Virus record (IMG/VR): IMGVR_UViG_3300010885_049871
Location: 25,551-89,550 of that record
DNA: 64,000 bases
Origin: a virus
Reading direction: 5' to 3' (one strand)
The notes beneath the pieces are model-generated. The model was not told the origin of the DNA and ran no database searches. It saw nothing but the letters and a program-made list of their open reading frames with translations. Each line of letters begins with the position of its first letter. Position 1 is the stretch's first letter. A program made the translations under genes and the position numbers. Of the stretch, positions 11,024-21,598 are shown in pieces.

Positions 11024-11780
11024 GCGTGGATACTTGATTCCGGCTGTTAATACAGACACTGTCAGCTATACTGACTGTGCAGAACAGTTGTCTATGAGTA
11101 TAAAAAGCTGGCACCCGGATGCTAGTGTCTCTATCATGACCAATGATCGTTGCGATTGGTCGGTGTTTGACCACGTGATTGAATTACCTTACGGCGACCA
11201 GGGCGGCTATGCCAACGACTGGCAAGTGTTTGCTGCAAGTCCGTACAGACAGACAATCAAACTGGAAGCAGATATGATTACAGCCAGTCCGGTAGATCAC
11301 CTGTGGAACATGTTTGAACATCGTGATGTTGTGGTCAGTCAAGGTTGTAGAGACTTTTATGATCAACCCAGCACATATCGATTCTATCGAAAATTGTTTG
11401 ATGTGAATAATTTACCTGATGTTTATAATGCCATTACCTATTGGCGGGTGAGTAAAACAGCACAGGACTTTTTTCAATTGGTCAGGAGTATTTTTGAAAA
11501 CTGGGAGAACTTTAAAACACTGTTGAAGTTTCCCGAAGAAGTTCCGTCAACTGATGTTGTGTATGCAATGGCAGCAGAGATCATGGGTAGAGAACAAGTG
11601 ACCCTGCCACTGGGTTATGGACCCACTATGGTTCATATGAAACCGGGTATTGTTGCCACTCACACCCGAGACTGGACCAAAGAACTGGTTTGGGAAAATA
11701 CCAATCCGGGTGTGCGTATAAACACCGTAGCACAGTGGGGATTTGTGCATTATCATATAAAAGATTGGAGACTGACATGA
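11007..11780 (+). CDS. GT-A-like glycosyltransferase, paralog of the upstream gene
   Basis: SPYRQTIKLEADM motif aligns with SPWDQTLVLDAD. Confidence 0.6.
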   Translation: MKILAERGYLIPAVNTDTVSYTDCAEQLSMSIKSWHPDASVSIMTNDRCDWSVFDHVIELPYGDQGGYANDWQVFAASPYRQTIKLEADMITASPVDHLWNMFEHRDVVVSQGCRDFYDQPSTYRFYRKLFDVNNLPDVYNAITYWRVSKTAQDFFQLVRSIFENWENFKTLLKFPEEVPSTDVVYAMAAEIMGREQVTLPLGYGPTMVHMKPGIVATHTRDWTKELVWENTNPGVRINTVAQWGFVHYHIKDWRLT

Positions 11781-12058
11781 GTACCGAACAAGACAAAATC
11801 AAACACAGCAAACGCCTACTCAAAGATGAAAACGCTGTAAAAAAACAGACCAAAATTGCAAAATCCAAAGGTTCTGACGTTAGCCAACCACACAAGTTTG
11901 CAAAACAGCATGCCATGGATTGCGGCAATCCCAAATGTATGTTATGCTCCTACGTCAAAGTACTTGGCATTGACCCTGTGCAAGTACAACGATTTGATCA
12001 GGATGTTGACACTGTTAACCATAAACACAGCAATGGATTGACGCCTGACCGTGAATGA
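11777..12058 (+). CDS. Small basic protein with possible metal-binding H/C motif
   Basis: HAMDCGNPKCMLC; start at MSTEQ. Confidence 0.55.
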   Translation: MSTEQDKIKHSKRLLKDENAVKKQTKIAKSKGSDVSQPHKFAKQHAMDCGNPKCMLCSYVKVLGIDPVQVQRFDQDVDTVNHKHSNGLTPDRE

Positions 12059-12398
12059 AACTACTGAGAATTTCTGGAAAGCCTGGGCAGAACCTGTGTC
12101 AGAGCCTGCACCTGTGTTTTTCAGACTGTACTACGACGAGCATGGCCTACCATTATCTTACAGCATGGAACACTTGCCAGGTAATTACATAGACATAGAT
12201 GCTGAAACATACCAACTGAGTTCACATCGTGTACGGGTCATTGAAGGAAAACTTGTACACATAGTGCCAAAGAAAACAGTTACCAAATTAATGCCTGGCC
12301 CAATGGGCACGCCTTGCTTGCCCGGCAACATCAGCATTGTTGTTGACCCGCAACAACCACATACAAAATGGAGTTTAAAATCACATGAATCGGATTGA
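12051..12398 (+). CDS. Hypothetical protein
   Basis: 115 aa ORF overlapping both neighbours. Confidence 0.6.
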   Translation: MNETTENFWKAWAEPVSEPAPVFFRLYYDEHGLPLSYSMEHLPGNYIDIDAETYQLSSHRVRVIEGKLVHIVPKKTVTKLMPGPMGTPCLPGNISIVVDPQQPHTKWSLKSHESD

Positions 12399-13311
12399 CG
12401 TTGCAGACCTTGACTGCATTTACCTAACTTATGACGAACCACAAAAAGAAGAATTCTGGGTAAAGATTCGCAACATGGTTCCCTGGGCCAAGCGAGTAGA
12501 CGGAGTACGGGGATCGGATGCAGCACACAAAGCTGCTGCTGCGGCCAGTGACACTGAACGCTTTGTGTTGATCGACGGTGACAACATGCCAGATCCCGAG
12601 TTCTTTAATTTAACACTGGAGTTGCCCGACACCCAATGGGAATCCGCAGTGTTTCGCTGGCGTGCTCGTAATCACGTAAACGGATTGATGTACGGTAATG
12701 GTGGGCTGAGTTCGTGGACTAGAAAGTTTGTCAATGACATGCGAACACACGAAGCCACCGACGGTCGTGCAGCAACCGAAGTGGAGTTTTGCTTTGATCC
12801 CTTGTACTGGGCCATGCATGATTGCTATTCAACTACCTATCCCAATGGCAGTGCTTTTCACGCATGGCGAGCCGGTTTCCGCGAAGGTGTCAAGATGTGT
12901 TTGAACACAGGTAAGAAACCCACTGTGGCCGAGTTTCGGGATCGTGTGCATCAACGCAATCTTGACAACTTGACTGTATGGCACAATGTAGGCCGTGATG
13001 CTGAACATGGCATTTGGAGTATGGCAGGATCACGCATGGGTTCTTACATGACCATGCTGACCAACTGGGACTATCGCACAGTACAAGACTTTGCTGCATT
13101 AGAAGAATTATGGGCCACAGTTAAAGACACTGATCCAGAAACAGTGTTGAGCCGAGTGGCCGGCGAATTGACCACGCAGCTGGACTTGCCAATGGTCTGG
13201 ATTGACGAGTCTGCTAGCAAGTTTTTTAAACATCACTATCGCAGCAACTGGCACAATCGAGGAGTTACTGTGAGAGAAATTGATGTAATCAGGAGTCAAG
13301 AAGGGTGGTAA
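12385..13311 (+). CDS. GT-A-like glycosyltransferase
   Basis: RVDGVRG...AH..AA, IDGDN motif, NGLMYG, AWRAGFRE; paralogous to the C-terminus of 33187-35610. Confidence 0.6.
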   Translation: MNRIDVADLDCIYLTYDEPQKEEFWVKIRNMVPWAKRVDGVRGSDAAHKAAAAASDTERFVLIDGDNMPDPEFFNLTLELPDTQWESAVFRWRARNHVNGLMYGNGGLSSWTRKFVNDMRTHEATDGRAATEVEFCFDPLYWAMHDCYSTTYPNGSAFHAWRAGFREGVKMCLNTGKKPTVAEFRDRVHQRNLDNLTVWHNVGRDAEHGIWSMAGSRMGSYMTMLTNWDYRTVQDFAALEELWATVKDTDPETVLSRVAGELTTQLDLPMVWIDESASKFFKHHYRSNWHNRGVTVREIDVIRSQEGW

Positions 13312-14003
13312 TGAATGCCTTGATAGGGCACACTGGTTTGATTGGCTCTGTGCTGGCCGCAGGTGTTGATGTTGATCTTTGTTACAATTCCTCAAACATA
13401 GAGCAGATTGAGCATGGCAAGTTTGACACTGTGTACTGTGCGGCTCCGTCAGGCAATAGACGGTTGGCCGATCAAGATCCAACTTGGGATACTGAAAACA
13501 TTCATCGTCTTGCTTGCAGTTTGCGCACAATCACTGCCAATAGATTTGTGCTGATCAGCAGTGTAGATGCTGTGTATGCTCCTGAGTCTGTGTATGGTAG
13601 CAACAGACTGGCTCTGGAACATTTTGCACAAACGCAATTTGAACTGTGTCATGTAATTAGACTGTGTACCTTGATTCACACCCGAATCAGCAAGAATTTG
13701 CTGTTTGACATTAGGCATCAACAATATCTAGACCGTGTTAACAGCGCCATGGTTAGACAGTACTACCCGCTGTCAAGACTGTGCAGAGATATTGACACAG
13801 TGATTCGGCATGACATCAAGGAAATCAACTTAGTAAGCGAGCCAGTAACCGACTCTGAGATAATGCAACAATTCTGCCCCGATACTGTGTTAACTACAAC
13901 GCCAGTTCCACCTTATGACCTACGCAGCCAAGCACCCTTTGGGCAATATGTACTGTCAAAATCTGACGTATTTGAACATGTAACAGAGTACATAAATGAT
14001 TAA
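13311..14003 (+). CDS. NAD(P)-dependent epimerase/dehydratase-like protein
   Basis: GHTGLIG Rossmann motif; ISS..VY and YG.NR..LE. Confidence 0.7.
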   Translation: MNALIGHTGLIGSVLAAGVDVDLCYNSSNIEQIEHGKFDTVYCAAPSGNRRLADQDPTWDTENIHRLACSLRTITANRFVLISSVDAVYAPESVYGSNRLALEHFAQTQFELCHVIRLCTLIHTRISKNLLFDIRHQQYLDRVNSAMVRQYYPLSRLCRDIDTVIRHDIKEINLVSEPVTDSEIMQQFCPDTVLTTTPVPPYDLRSQAPFGQYVLSKSDVFEHVTEYIND

Positions 14004-14955
14004 GTTTGCCAATAGCGACAGCACAATTTGGAATCGCGATCAGCTGATCATTGAGCTGGCACATGCCATGTCCGAGAATCAGCCACGTATTGATATTGGT
14101 ACCCGGGGCGAGGGTCCTTGTGCTCGCAGTTTGGGCCTGTATGACTTGTTAGATAAGCTATGCAATCGTTTCAATTACAGTGCCAACTGTATCTATATCA
14201 CAACCTGCAACTTGGTCGAAGCACATAACTGCTACAACATTGTAATAGATCCACAAGTGTTGTACCTCAAGGCCGCACAGGGTTACACACCACCTGCCAG
14301 CATCAAGCAAATTAACAAACACTTTGGGCACTTTATTGGGCATGGTAATCAACCCCGATTGTATCTTGGCAGTTACTTGTACGCACATCACGGTGAACAA
14401 ACTGTGCAGACTTATCATACTCAAGTTACTGAAGAATATCACAGACCCTTTATTGGCGTAGAAGACATGATGTTCAATGGCCACGCCTGGGCAGAAGTTC
14501 AAGACGCTGTTGAATTACTGCAACATGCACCATTAACAATTGACTCAATTGATCAATACCCCATTCTTAATCCTGCCACACTGAACATTACCAAAGTATA
14601 TCCTAACTTCTTTGTGGAAATTGTAAATCTGACTTACTGGTCAGGAGATACATTTTACATAGATGAAAAGATCTGGCGCCCCATTTTGATGCGTACACCA
14701 TTTGTTGTGCATGGGCCACAGAACTTTTTACCCAGACTGCGTGCTCTGGGTTTCCGTACGTTTGATGCCTGGTGGGACGAAGGCTACAGTGAAGACCCAC
14801 CAGATTATCAATTGAAAGAAATTGTAGATATCATAAAACAACTGGCCAAAAAAAGCATCAACGGACTCAACGCCATGTACGCAGACATGCAGCCAGTACT
14901 GGAACACAACTATCAGTTGTTGAAGCGTATTCAAAAACAAGATTTACATGTCTAA
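13996..14955 (+). CDS. Putative glycosyltransferase (GT10-like C-terminal module)
   Basis: EKIWRPI...PF......L..LGF.TF..WWDE.Y motif shared with 3 paralogs. Confidence 0.5.
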   Translation: MIKFANSDSTIWNRDQLIIELAHAMSENQPRIDIGTRGEGPCARSLGLYDLLDKLCNRFNYSANCIYITTCNLVEAHNCYNIVIDPQVLYLKAAQGYTPPASIKQINKHFGHFIGHGNQPRLYLGSYLYAHHGEQTVQTYHTQVTEEYHRPFIGVEDMMFNGHAWAEVQDAVELLQHAPLTIDSIDQYPILNPATLNITKVYPNFFVEIVNLTYWSGDTFYIDEKIWRPILMRTPFVVHGPQNFLPRLRALGFRTFDAWWDEGYSEDPPDYQLKEIVDIIKQLAKKSINGLNAMYADMQPVLEHNYQLLKRIQKQDLHV

Positions 14956-15811
14956 GCTACACATACACTACGCTGAGTTTTATATTATTAATGTTTGCAA
15001 TCTAGCATGCTCAGGTTGCAATCGTTTCAATAACTACAACTTTACAGGCTATCAACGCTGGAGCGACTATGCCAATGTATATCAACACTGGGCCGAACAA
15101 ATGGACATTGACAGTATTGGTATTCTAGGCGGTGAGCCCTTGCTTAATCCTACATTTTTAGAATGGGTACAGGGTATAAATCAGTTATGGCCCAACAAGA
15201 AACTAAGAATTATCAGCAATGGCTTTAGACTAGATCGACATGCTGACCTTTATCCTGTGCTAGAGCAACATCGCAATATTGAACTGTGGGTTGGCATACA
15301 CAACAAACAGCACAAATCAGAAATCATACAAAAGGTCAAAGACTTTTCCCAGGCACCGCACACAGTGAGTTTCAACACAGACAATCCTTATCAACAGTAC
15401 ATGACCGTTACTGATGCTCGCGGTGTGTGCATCAAAATAGAATACAACTGGTGGTTTCATCAGGGTGCTATTGTCAAACAAGATAATACACTAACGCTAC
15501 ATCAAAGTGATGTTGTCAAGGCACATGACATTTGTCACATGAAAACCTGCCATCATTTCATACGCGGCGAACTGTACAAGTGTGGTGTTGCGGCTGTGTT
15601 GCCTGAATTTGATCAACAGCACCCACTTATACTCAGCACTGAAGACCGTGAACTCATGCTGAGCTATCGTCCCTTAAAGATCACTGACAGTGACACAGTC
15701 AAACAGCAGTTTGTGAACAGTCTAGACCAGCCCATTGATCAATGTCGTTTTTGCCCAGAAGTATATCATGGTAACCAAATATCAGCACAACTTAAAAAAG
15801 ATTTAAAATGA
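14948..15811 (+). CDS. Radical SAM protein with C-terminal Cys cluster
   Basis: CNLACSGC; GGEP; C-terminal C..K.C...LYKC...CRFC. Confidence 0.85.
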   Translation: MSKLHIHYAEFYIINVCNLACSGCNRFNNYNFTGYQRWSDYANVYQHWAEQMDIDSIGILGGEPLLNPTFLEWVQGINQLWPNKKLRIISNGFRLDRHADLYPVLEQHRNIELWVGIHNKQHKSEIIQKVKDFSQAPHTVSFNTDNPYQQYMTVTDARGVCIKIEYNWWFHQGAIVKQDNTLTLHQSDVVKAHDICHMKTCHHFIRGELYKCGVAAVLPEFDQQHPLILSTEDRELMLSYRPLKITDSDTVKQQFVNSLDQPIDQCRFCPEVYHGNQISAQLKKDLK

Positions 15812-16512
15812 CTTATGTGTTTGCCGGAGACAGTTGGGCTTTAAAAGGTTTTACCAATGACAATTATGATAAAGGTAATACCCACCCTGTAAGTGGAGAT
15901 ATAAGACTAGCGGACCACTGGCCTTGGAAGTACCAGCATTGCCTGACCCCGGGTCAGGGCAACTTAGCTTGTTTAGACAAGCTGGTAGCAATGAATATTC
16001 CTACCGACGTACCAATCATTTGGGTATACACAGAGCCTGGTCGTGATTACGGTCGTATAAAGAATCAATCTCCACATGACTGGATTGAAAAAGAAGATAT
16101 ATTTGATATACGCACTGCATTGAATCATGTTATAATGCAAGAGATAAAAGATTGCTTAGATAACCCCATTGCCTTCATCGGCGGGCTTAGTGATGTGGAT
16201 CCGTTATTAGCACAGGCATTTGGATTTGATGTACTAAATCCAAGTTGGCAAAAGTGGATTGCAGAAAAATTAAACTCACGATGGTTCCAATTTGGCTGGG
16301 GTGCTAGTGATGTTGGATGGAGAATGCATAGTAATAAAGTAGTACCAAGTCGAGCTGCAACTTTTGCTTGGGGCGAGCAAATTAAAGAGTGGTGTTGGTG
16401 GGAGGAAAATGGATATTTTTGTCATGAACATCCAACGCCATTGGCCAACAAAGAATTTGCAGAATATCTACAACCAGTGGTAGAGGAATGGATCAATGAA
16501 CAAAGGCGATGA
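15808..16512 (+). CDS. SGNH-hydrolase-like hypothetical protein
   Basis: N-terminal GDSW and C-terminal HP. Confidence 0.45.
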   Translation: MTYVFAGDSWALKGFTNDNYDKGNTHPVSGDIRLADHWPWKYQHCLTPGQGNLACLDKLVAMNIPTDVPIIWVYTEPGRDYGRIKNQSPHDWIEKEDIFDIRTALNHVIMQEIKDCLDNPIAFIGGLSDVDPLLAQAFGFDVLNPSWQKWIAEKLNSRWFQFGWGASDVGWRMHSNKVVPSRAATFAWGEQIKEWCWWEENGYFCHEHPTPLANKEFAEYLQPVVEEWINEQRR

Positions 16513-17908
16513 AGTTGCAACAGACTTTAAATCAAAGTTTCTAGACAATGCAGAATTTATGAAGGAAAACTTGGGGTCAGCACTATGTTTGGCCAAGTGG
16601 AAACAGGTTAGCCTACACTTGACCACTGGCCTTAACAACAGTTGTTACCACCCACCCTTGCATCGTATACCTATAGATGCAATAGGTCGTAATCCTAGTG
16701 CATTGCACAACACTGATTATAAAAAACAACAGCGTAAACAGATGCTCAATGGTGAACGCCCTGCAGAATGCAGCTATTGCTGGACAATGGAAGACAATGG
16801 TAAACTGAGTGATCGCCATTATCGATCTGGCGAGTCCTGGGCTGCCAAAGACTTTGGCACTATTGTCAATGCAGAATGGGACGCTGACATTACTCCTAGC
16901 TATGTAGAAGTAAATTTCAACAATGCTTGTAATCTTGCTTGTAGTTATTGTAGTCCACAGTTCAGCAGCACATGGCAACAAGAAACTGATCGCCATGGTG
17001 CTTACCCTACATCTACTCCACACAATGCACCGGAACATTTTGCCGGCGATCGCAAACCTATTCCGGTCCGGGAACATAATCCCTATGTAGAAGCGTTTTG
17101 GCAGTGGTGGCCCACCCTGTATCCAGAGTTGGAGCACTTTAGAATGACCGGTGGCGAACCATTATTGGATAAGAATACCTATCGTGTGTTTGACTATGTG
17201 CTGGCCAATCCCAAACCCGACCTGCACCTGAATGTGACCAGCAACTTCAGTGTGGATGAAAAAAGCTGGCAACGGTATTTGGCGTACACCAAACAACTGT
17301 GTCAAGAAGGGGTAGTTGAACATTTTATGCAATACATCAGCCTAGATGGATGGGGTCGTCAGGCAGAGTACATGCGACATGGCATGGACTTTGACTTGGT
17401 ATGGAGCAGAGTAAATCAATTCTTAACCGAAGTTCCTTACCGAAACAGTGTAACTTTCATTGTCACAATGAACAATCTGTGTATGACCAGTTTACCCCAA
17501 CTGTTAGATGGCATACTGGAACTTAGAAAAAAGTACAGCAACACATATCAGCGTGTGTGGTTTGATACCCCGGTGTTGCGACAACCTGCTTGGCAAAGTT
17601 TACAATTGTTGCCAAGCAGCTATGTAGCACAGTTGGAAAAACTAAAAACATCAATGCAACACAATATTGAAACTGAAGCAACCAGATTTCACGGTTTTAA
17701 AGATTATGAAATAGCTCGCCTTGACCGTGACATAGCATGGATGCGTGACGGACAAAAATTAGACCCTGCGTACTTGCAACGGAACAAAGCTGACTTCTAT
17801 CGGTTCTTTAGCGAAGCGGACCGAAGACATGGGACAGAATTTGCACAGGTGTTTCCAGAAATGAGTGCCTGGTGGAAGGAATGTGAGTATCATGCTAGGC
17901 AATCGTAA
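16496..17908 (+). CDS. N-terminal twitch-domain radical SAM protein
   Basis: CLAKW..SCYHP..CSYCW before core CNLACSYC; GGEP. Confidence 0.85.
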   Translation: MNKGDEVATDFKSKFLDNAEFMKENLGSALCLAKWKQVSLHLTTGLNNSCYHPPLHRIPIDAIGRNPSALHNTDYKKQQRKQMLNGERPAECSYCWTMEDNGKLSDRHYRSGESWAAKDFGTIVNAEWDADITPSYVEVNFNNACNLACSYCSPQFSSTWQQETDRHGAYPTSTPHNAPEHFAGDRKPIPVREHNPYVEAFWQWWPTLYPELEHFRMTGGEPLLDKNTYRVFDYVLANPKPDLHLNVTSNFSVDEKSWQRYLAYTKQLCQEGVVEHFMQYISLDGWGRQAEYMRHGMDFDLVWSRVNQFLTEVPYRNSVTFIVTMNNLCMTSLPQLLDGILELRKKYSNTYQRVWFDTPVLRQPAWQSLQLLPSSYVAQLEKLKTSMQHNIETEATRFHGFKDYEIARLDRDIAWMRDGQKLDPAYLQRNKADFYRFFSEADRRHGTEFAQVFPEMSAWWKECEYHARQS

Positions 17909-18998
17909 ATTAGTAATAGACACAGGATGTGGAATACACGACGAACTCGCAGGGTATGTCGATGATACGTTTTCTAATTTTCAAGAGCACACGCTGATTC
18001 CCAATGCTATATATTTGATAAGTTACGCCGAGACTGAGAAAAATTTTAAAAAAATTGCAAAGTTGGCAACCTCTAACATTATAAAAGTTATTTTTGCTGA
18101 ACCGTCTGAAGGGTCGAGTACTGCAATACATCGTTGTAATCGGCAAAGGTTTCGTACTAAAGCGCCCAATGGAAATGGCCACATTGAACTACTTGAGTTA
18201 ATCAAACAAGGAAAAATATTATTATTAACCGGTGGCGATGTTTCGCCACAATATCCGCATTTGGTGTATGAAAATTTTCTCCCAAAGATACTGGACTATG
18301 ACGAAAATATTGACGCCATACAAATTTATAATAACACCTATTCAACCAACCGACCATATAAATTTTTATTTTTAAACGGAAAAGGAAGACCTCATAGAAA
18401 ATTTATGATCGAACAATTGGCCGACGTACTTGATACAGCACTGTGGAGTAATTTAGATCCTACCAATGGCCCAGTGAAATTACTTGATCAGCAATACGAA
18501 CTTGACCGTTTTAATGTAGACGTGTGTCGGACTGATACAAATGTAAAAGAATACTTGTTTGGGTCCGGTATATGGGGAGAGGTGTATCTAGTCCCGTCGC
18601 AGTATAGCAATACCTATTTTAGCCTGATAACCGAAACTGTTCAGCAATATAACTTCAGTTTCAGAACAGAAAAAACATGGAAACCTATTGCAATCGGGCA
18701 TCCATGGATTGCAGTTGCCAATCAGGGATATTATAGAGATATCCGTAATTTGGGATTTCAAACATTTGGACATGTCATTGACGAAAGTTTTGATGAAATA
18801 GCAAACAATCAAGATAGGATGATGCAAGTAAGTCGTGTTGTTAAAGATTTATGTCAACAAGACCTTGCAAGTTTTTTAAAAGAATGCTATAATGTATGTA
18901 AATACAATCAACAACATATTGCAGAGATGAGAACTCGAGTTCGATCCGAGTTTCCAGAACGCTTCCGACAGTTTATAAACAAACATATCAATGAATGA
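17892..18998 (+). CDS. Putative glycosyltransferase (GT10-like C-terminal module)
   Basis: LITET...TEKTWKPI...PW...LGFQTF...DESFD. Confidence 0.5.
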   Translation: MLGNRKLVIDTGCGIHDELAGYVDDTFSNFQEHTLIPNAIYLISYAETEKNFKKIAKLATSNIIKVIFAEPSEGSSTAIHRCNRQRFRTKAPNGNGHIELLELIKQGKILLLTGGDVSPQYPHLVYENFLPKILDYDENIDAIQIYNNTYSTNRPYKFLFLNGKGRPHRKFMIEQLADVLDTALWSNLDPTNGPVKLLDQQYELDRFNVDVCRTDTNVKEYLFGSGIWGEVYLVPSQYSNTYFSLITETVQQYNFSFRTEKTWKPIAIGHPWIAVANQGYYRDIRNLGFQTFGHVIDESFDEIANNQDRMMQVSRVVKDLCQQDLASFLKECYNVCKYNQQHIAEMRTRVRSEFPERFRQFINKHINE

Positions 18999-20340
18999 TT
19001 TAGATTTCAAGCACCAGCTGCTGGATACCAAAAGTGCCAGCTTCTGTGCAGCCAAATGGTACAATGCCACCATATGGCTAGGTTCTGGACAAACAACCAG
19101 TTGTCATCATCCACCGGCACACGCCATTGATCTTGAAGAACTAAAAGTTAATCCTTCTGCATTACATAACACAGCAAAAAAGAAAGATGATCGCAAGAAG
19201 ATGTTGGCAGGTGATCGTCCTGCAGGTTGCGAATACTGTTGGAAGATCGAAGACATGGCCACTGATGCTGTCAGTGACCGTGTATATAAAAGTAAAATTT
19301 ACCCTATAAAGGCACTCGATGAAGCTTACCAAACTCCTTACCATGAAGACGTCAATCTTCGCACACTTGAAATTGCGTTCGACCGCACTTGCCAATTTGC
19401 TTGTAGCTATTGTAACCCTGCTTTCAGTAGTACATGGGTTAATGACATTAAAAAGCACGGAGGATATGCCAATCTGGTGTCTGATGGGCGCAATCACTTT
19501 ACTCACACTCACGATAGTGCTCAACTATACCGCTTTGGTGAGACTAATCCGTATGTGGAAGCCTTTTTCAAGTGGTGGGAAACAGATCTTCACCGTACAC
19601 TCCAAGAACTTAGAATAACCGGCGGCGAGCCGCTGATGAGTGGCGAAACCTGGAAACTGATTGATTGGTTCAAAACAAATCAAGGCCGTAGTCAGACTCG
19701 TCTGGCAATTAATTCAAACCTGGGCATGGACCGTGACAAGCTGCACGAATTCGTTGAACGAGTTAGGGATATTCCGCATCTTGAAATTTATACCAGTTGT
19801 GAAGCAACAGGCTCTGCTGCTGAATACATAAGAGACGGCCTGGACTACGACCTATGGATGCACAATGTTCAAGAGTTGTTGGAGCACGATCATATTCGTG
19901 CTGTACATGTGATGTGTACAATCAATGCATTGTGTTTAGAAACATTACCCGAGTTCCTGGCACAATTGGTAAAATTAAAAACCTTGTACGGAACACAACG
20001 AATTAATTTTACGCTAAATATATTACGCTTTCCAAGTTTTCAATCCCCGTTGGTATTATCTCCTGCATTGCTGTCCTCCGCTCGCACTCAGTTGATGATG
20101 TGGGAAGAGTCTGCCAGTAATAGATCAATATGTCAAGAGTTTGAACTGAATCATGTTCGCAGACTGATTGATTATTTGAAAATTGTTAAAACTCCGCACA
20201 GTGACACATTTGACATGCCTAAGTTGCACAACGACTTTCGCCGGTTCTTTGATCAATATGATGTGCGCAGGAACAAAAACTTCAGCAACACATTTCCTAA
20301 ATTAGAATCATGGTACAATGACTTACAAATACAACAGTAG
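18991..20340 (+). CDS. N-terminal twitch-domain radical SAM protein
   Basis: CAAKW..SCHHP..CEYCW; core CQFACSYC. Confidence 0.85.
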   Translation: MNDLDFKHQLLDTKSASFCAAKWYNATIWLGSGQTTSCHHPPAHAIDLEELKVNPSALHNTAKKKDDRKKMLAGDRPAGCEYCWKIEDMATDAVSDRVYKSKIYPIKALDEAYQTPYHEDVNLRTLEIAFDRTCQFACSYCNPAFSSTWVNDIKKHGGYANLVSDGRNHFTHTHDSAQLYRFGETNPYVEAFFKWWETDLHRTLQELRITGGEPLMSGETWKLIDWFKTNQGRSQTRLAINSNLGMDRDKLHEFVERVRDIPHLEIYTSCEATGSAAEYIRDGLDYDLWMHNVQELLEHDHIRAVHVMCTINALCLETLPEFLAQLVKLKTLYGTQRINFTLNILRFPSFQSPLVLSPALLSSARTQLMMWEESASNRSICQEFELNHVRRLIDYLKIVKTPHSDTFDMPKLHNDFRRFFDQYDVRRNKNFSNTFPKLESWYNDLQIQQ

Positions 20341-21598
20341 TGATTTAGTAAAACCCATTGAGTTAACCAAACGAGAAGAATTCTTATTAAAAGATTCCAA
20401 GACGTTTTGTATATACCCATGGATACACATACACACATATCCAACCGGCGAAGCATATCCCTGTTGTCATGCTGAAATGAAGATTGGACAAATTGGTAAT
20501 TGTAAAATCAATACACTGGCTGAGATATGGAACAGTCCCGAACAGATGAAACTTCGCACAGATATGCTGACCGAAACAGCCAATCCTGCATGCGGCCGCT
20601 GCTACGAACAAGAACAGTCAGGATTCTTTAGTGGTCGTAAAAGTGCCAACAAGCATCATGGCCATCATATTGACCGAGTCAATGCCACAGATCAAACAGG
20701 CCACACTGAACAGTTTGAAATGACCTATTGGGATCTACGCTTTAGCAATTTATGTAATCTAAGTTGCCGCAGTTGCGGACATATCTTCAGCAGTAGTTGG
20801 TACAAGGATCAAACTGTACTAGCAGGCCCGGCCTGGGCAAGTCAAAACAAACCATTAAACTATGCAGGCCGTTTTGCCACTGACATGTGGGAACAGTTGA
20901 TTGAACACATTGATCATGTAGAGCAAATTTACTTTGCCGGTGGTGAACCCCTGATGATGGAAGAACACTACTTGATTTTAGAAGAACTAGAACGACGCGG
21001 CCGGTTTGATGTTAGATTGATATACAACACCAACTTCACGCAAACACGCCTCAAAGACCGCACAGTGTTTGATTACTGGAGAAAATTTGATAGTGTTGCA
21101 GTTGGCGCAAGTTTAGATGCAGCAGGCCCACGCGGCGAGTATATTAGAAAAGGCACCGACTGGACGGTCGTAGAAGAAAATCGTCGGCAAATGATGAAAA
21201 TATGTCCTGATGTGGACTTTTATATCAGTCCTACACTAAGCATTCTAAACGCAATGCATCTGCCAGACTTCCATCGAGACTGGGTAGAAAAAGGTCTAAT
21301 ACGGCCGTCGGATTTAAATGTAAATATATTGCAAGACCCACCACACTATAGAATAGACATAGCGCCTGCTGAGTACAAAGGATTGTTGATGGCTAGGTAT
21401 CGCGAACATATTGAATGGCTTCGCGGTCAAGATCCTTTGCAGCGAGCCACAGTGGGTTTTGAAAGTGCCATCACTTTTATGACGGCCACAGATAACACAC
21501 CGTTGATAGGTAACTTCTGGCGTAAAACACACGAGTTGGACGCTATTAGAAAAGAAAATATACTGGATATTATTCCTGAACTGAAAGCACTCCAATGA
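20318..21598 (+). CDS. N-terminal twitch-domain radical SAM protein
   Basis: CIYPW..PCC..CGRC; core CNLSCRSC. Confidence 0.85.
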   Translation: MTYKYNSSDLVKPIELTKREEFLLKDSKTFCIYPWIHIHTYPTGEAYPCCHAEMKIGQIGNCKINTLAEIWNSPEQMKLRTDMLTETANPACGRCYEQEQSGFFSGRKSANKHHGHHIDRVNATDQTGHTEQFEMTYWDLRFSNLCNLSCRSCGHIFSSSWYKDQTVLAGPAWASQNKPLNYAGRFATDMWEQLIEHIDHVEQIYFAGGEPLMMEEHYLILEELERRGRFDVRLIYNTNFTQTRLKDRTVFDYWRKFDSVAVGASLDAAGPRGEYIRKGTDWTVVEENRRQMMKICPDVDFYISPTLSILNAMHLPDFHRDWVEKGLIRPSDLNVNILQDPPHYRIDIAPAEYKGLLMARYREHIEWLRGQDPLQRATVGFESAITFMTATDNTPLIGNFWRKTHELDAIRKENILDIIPELKALQ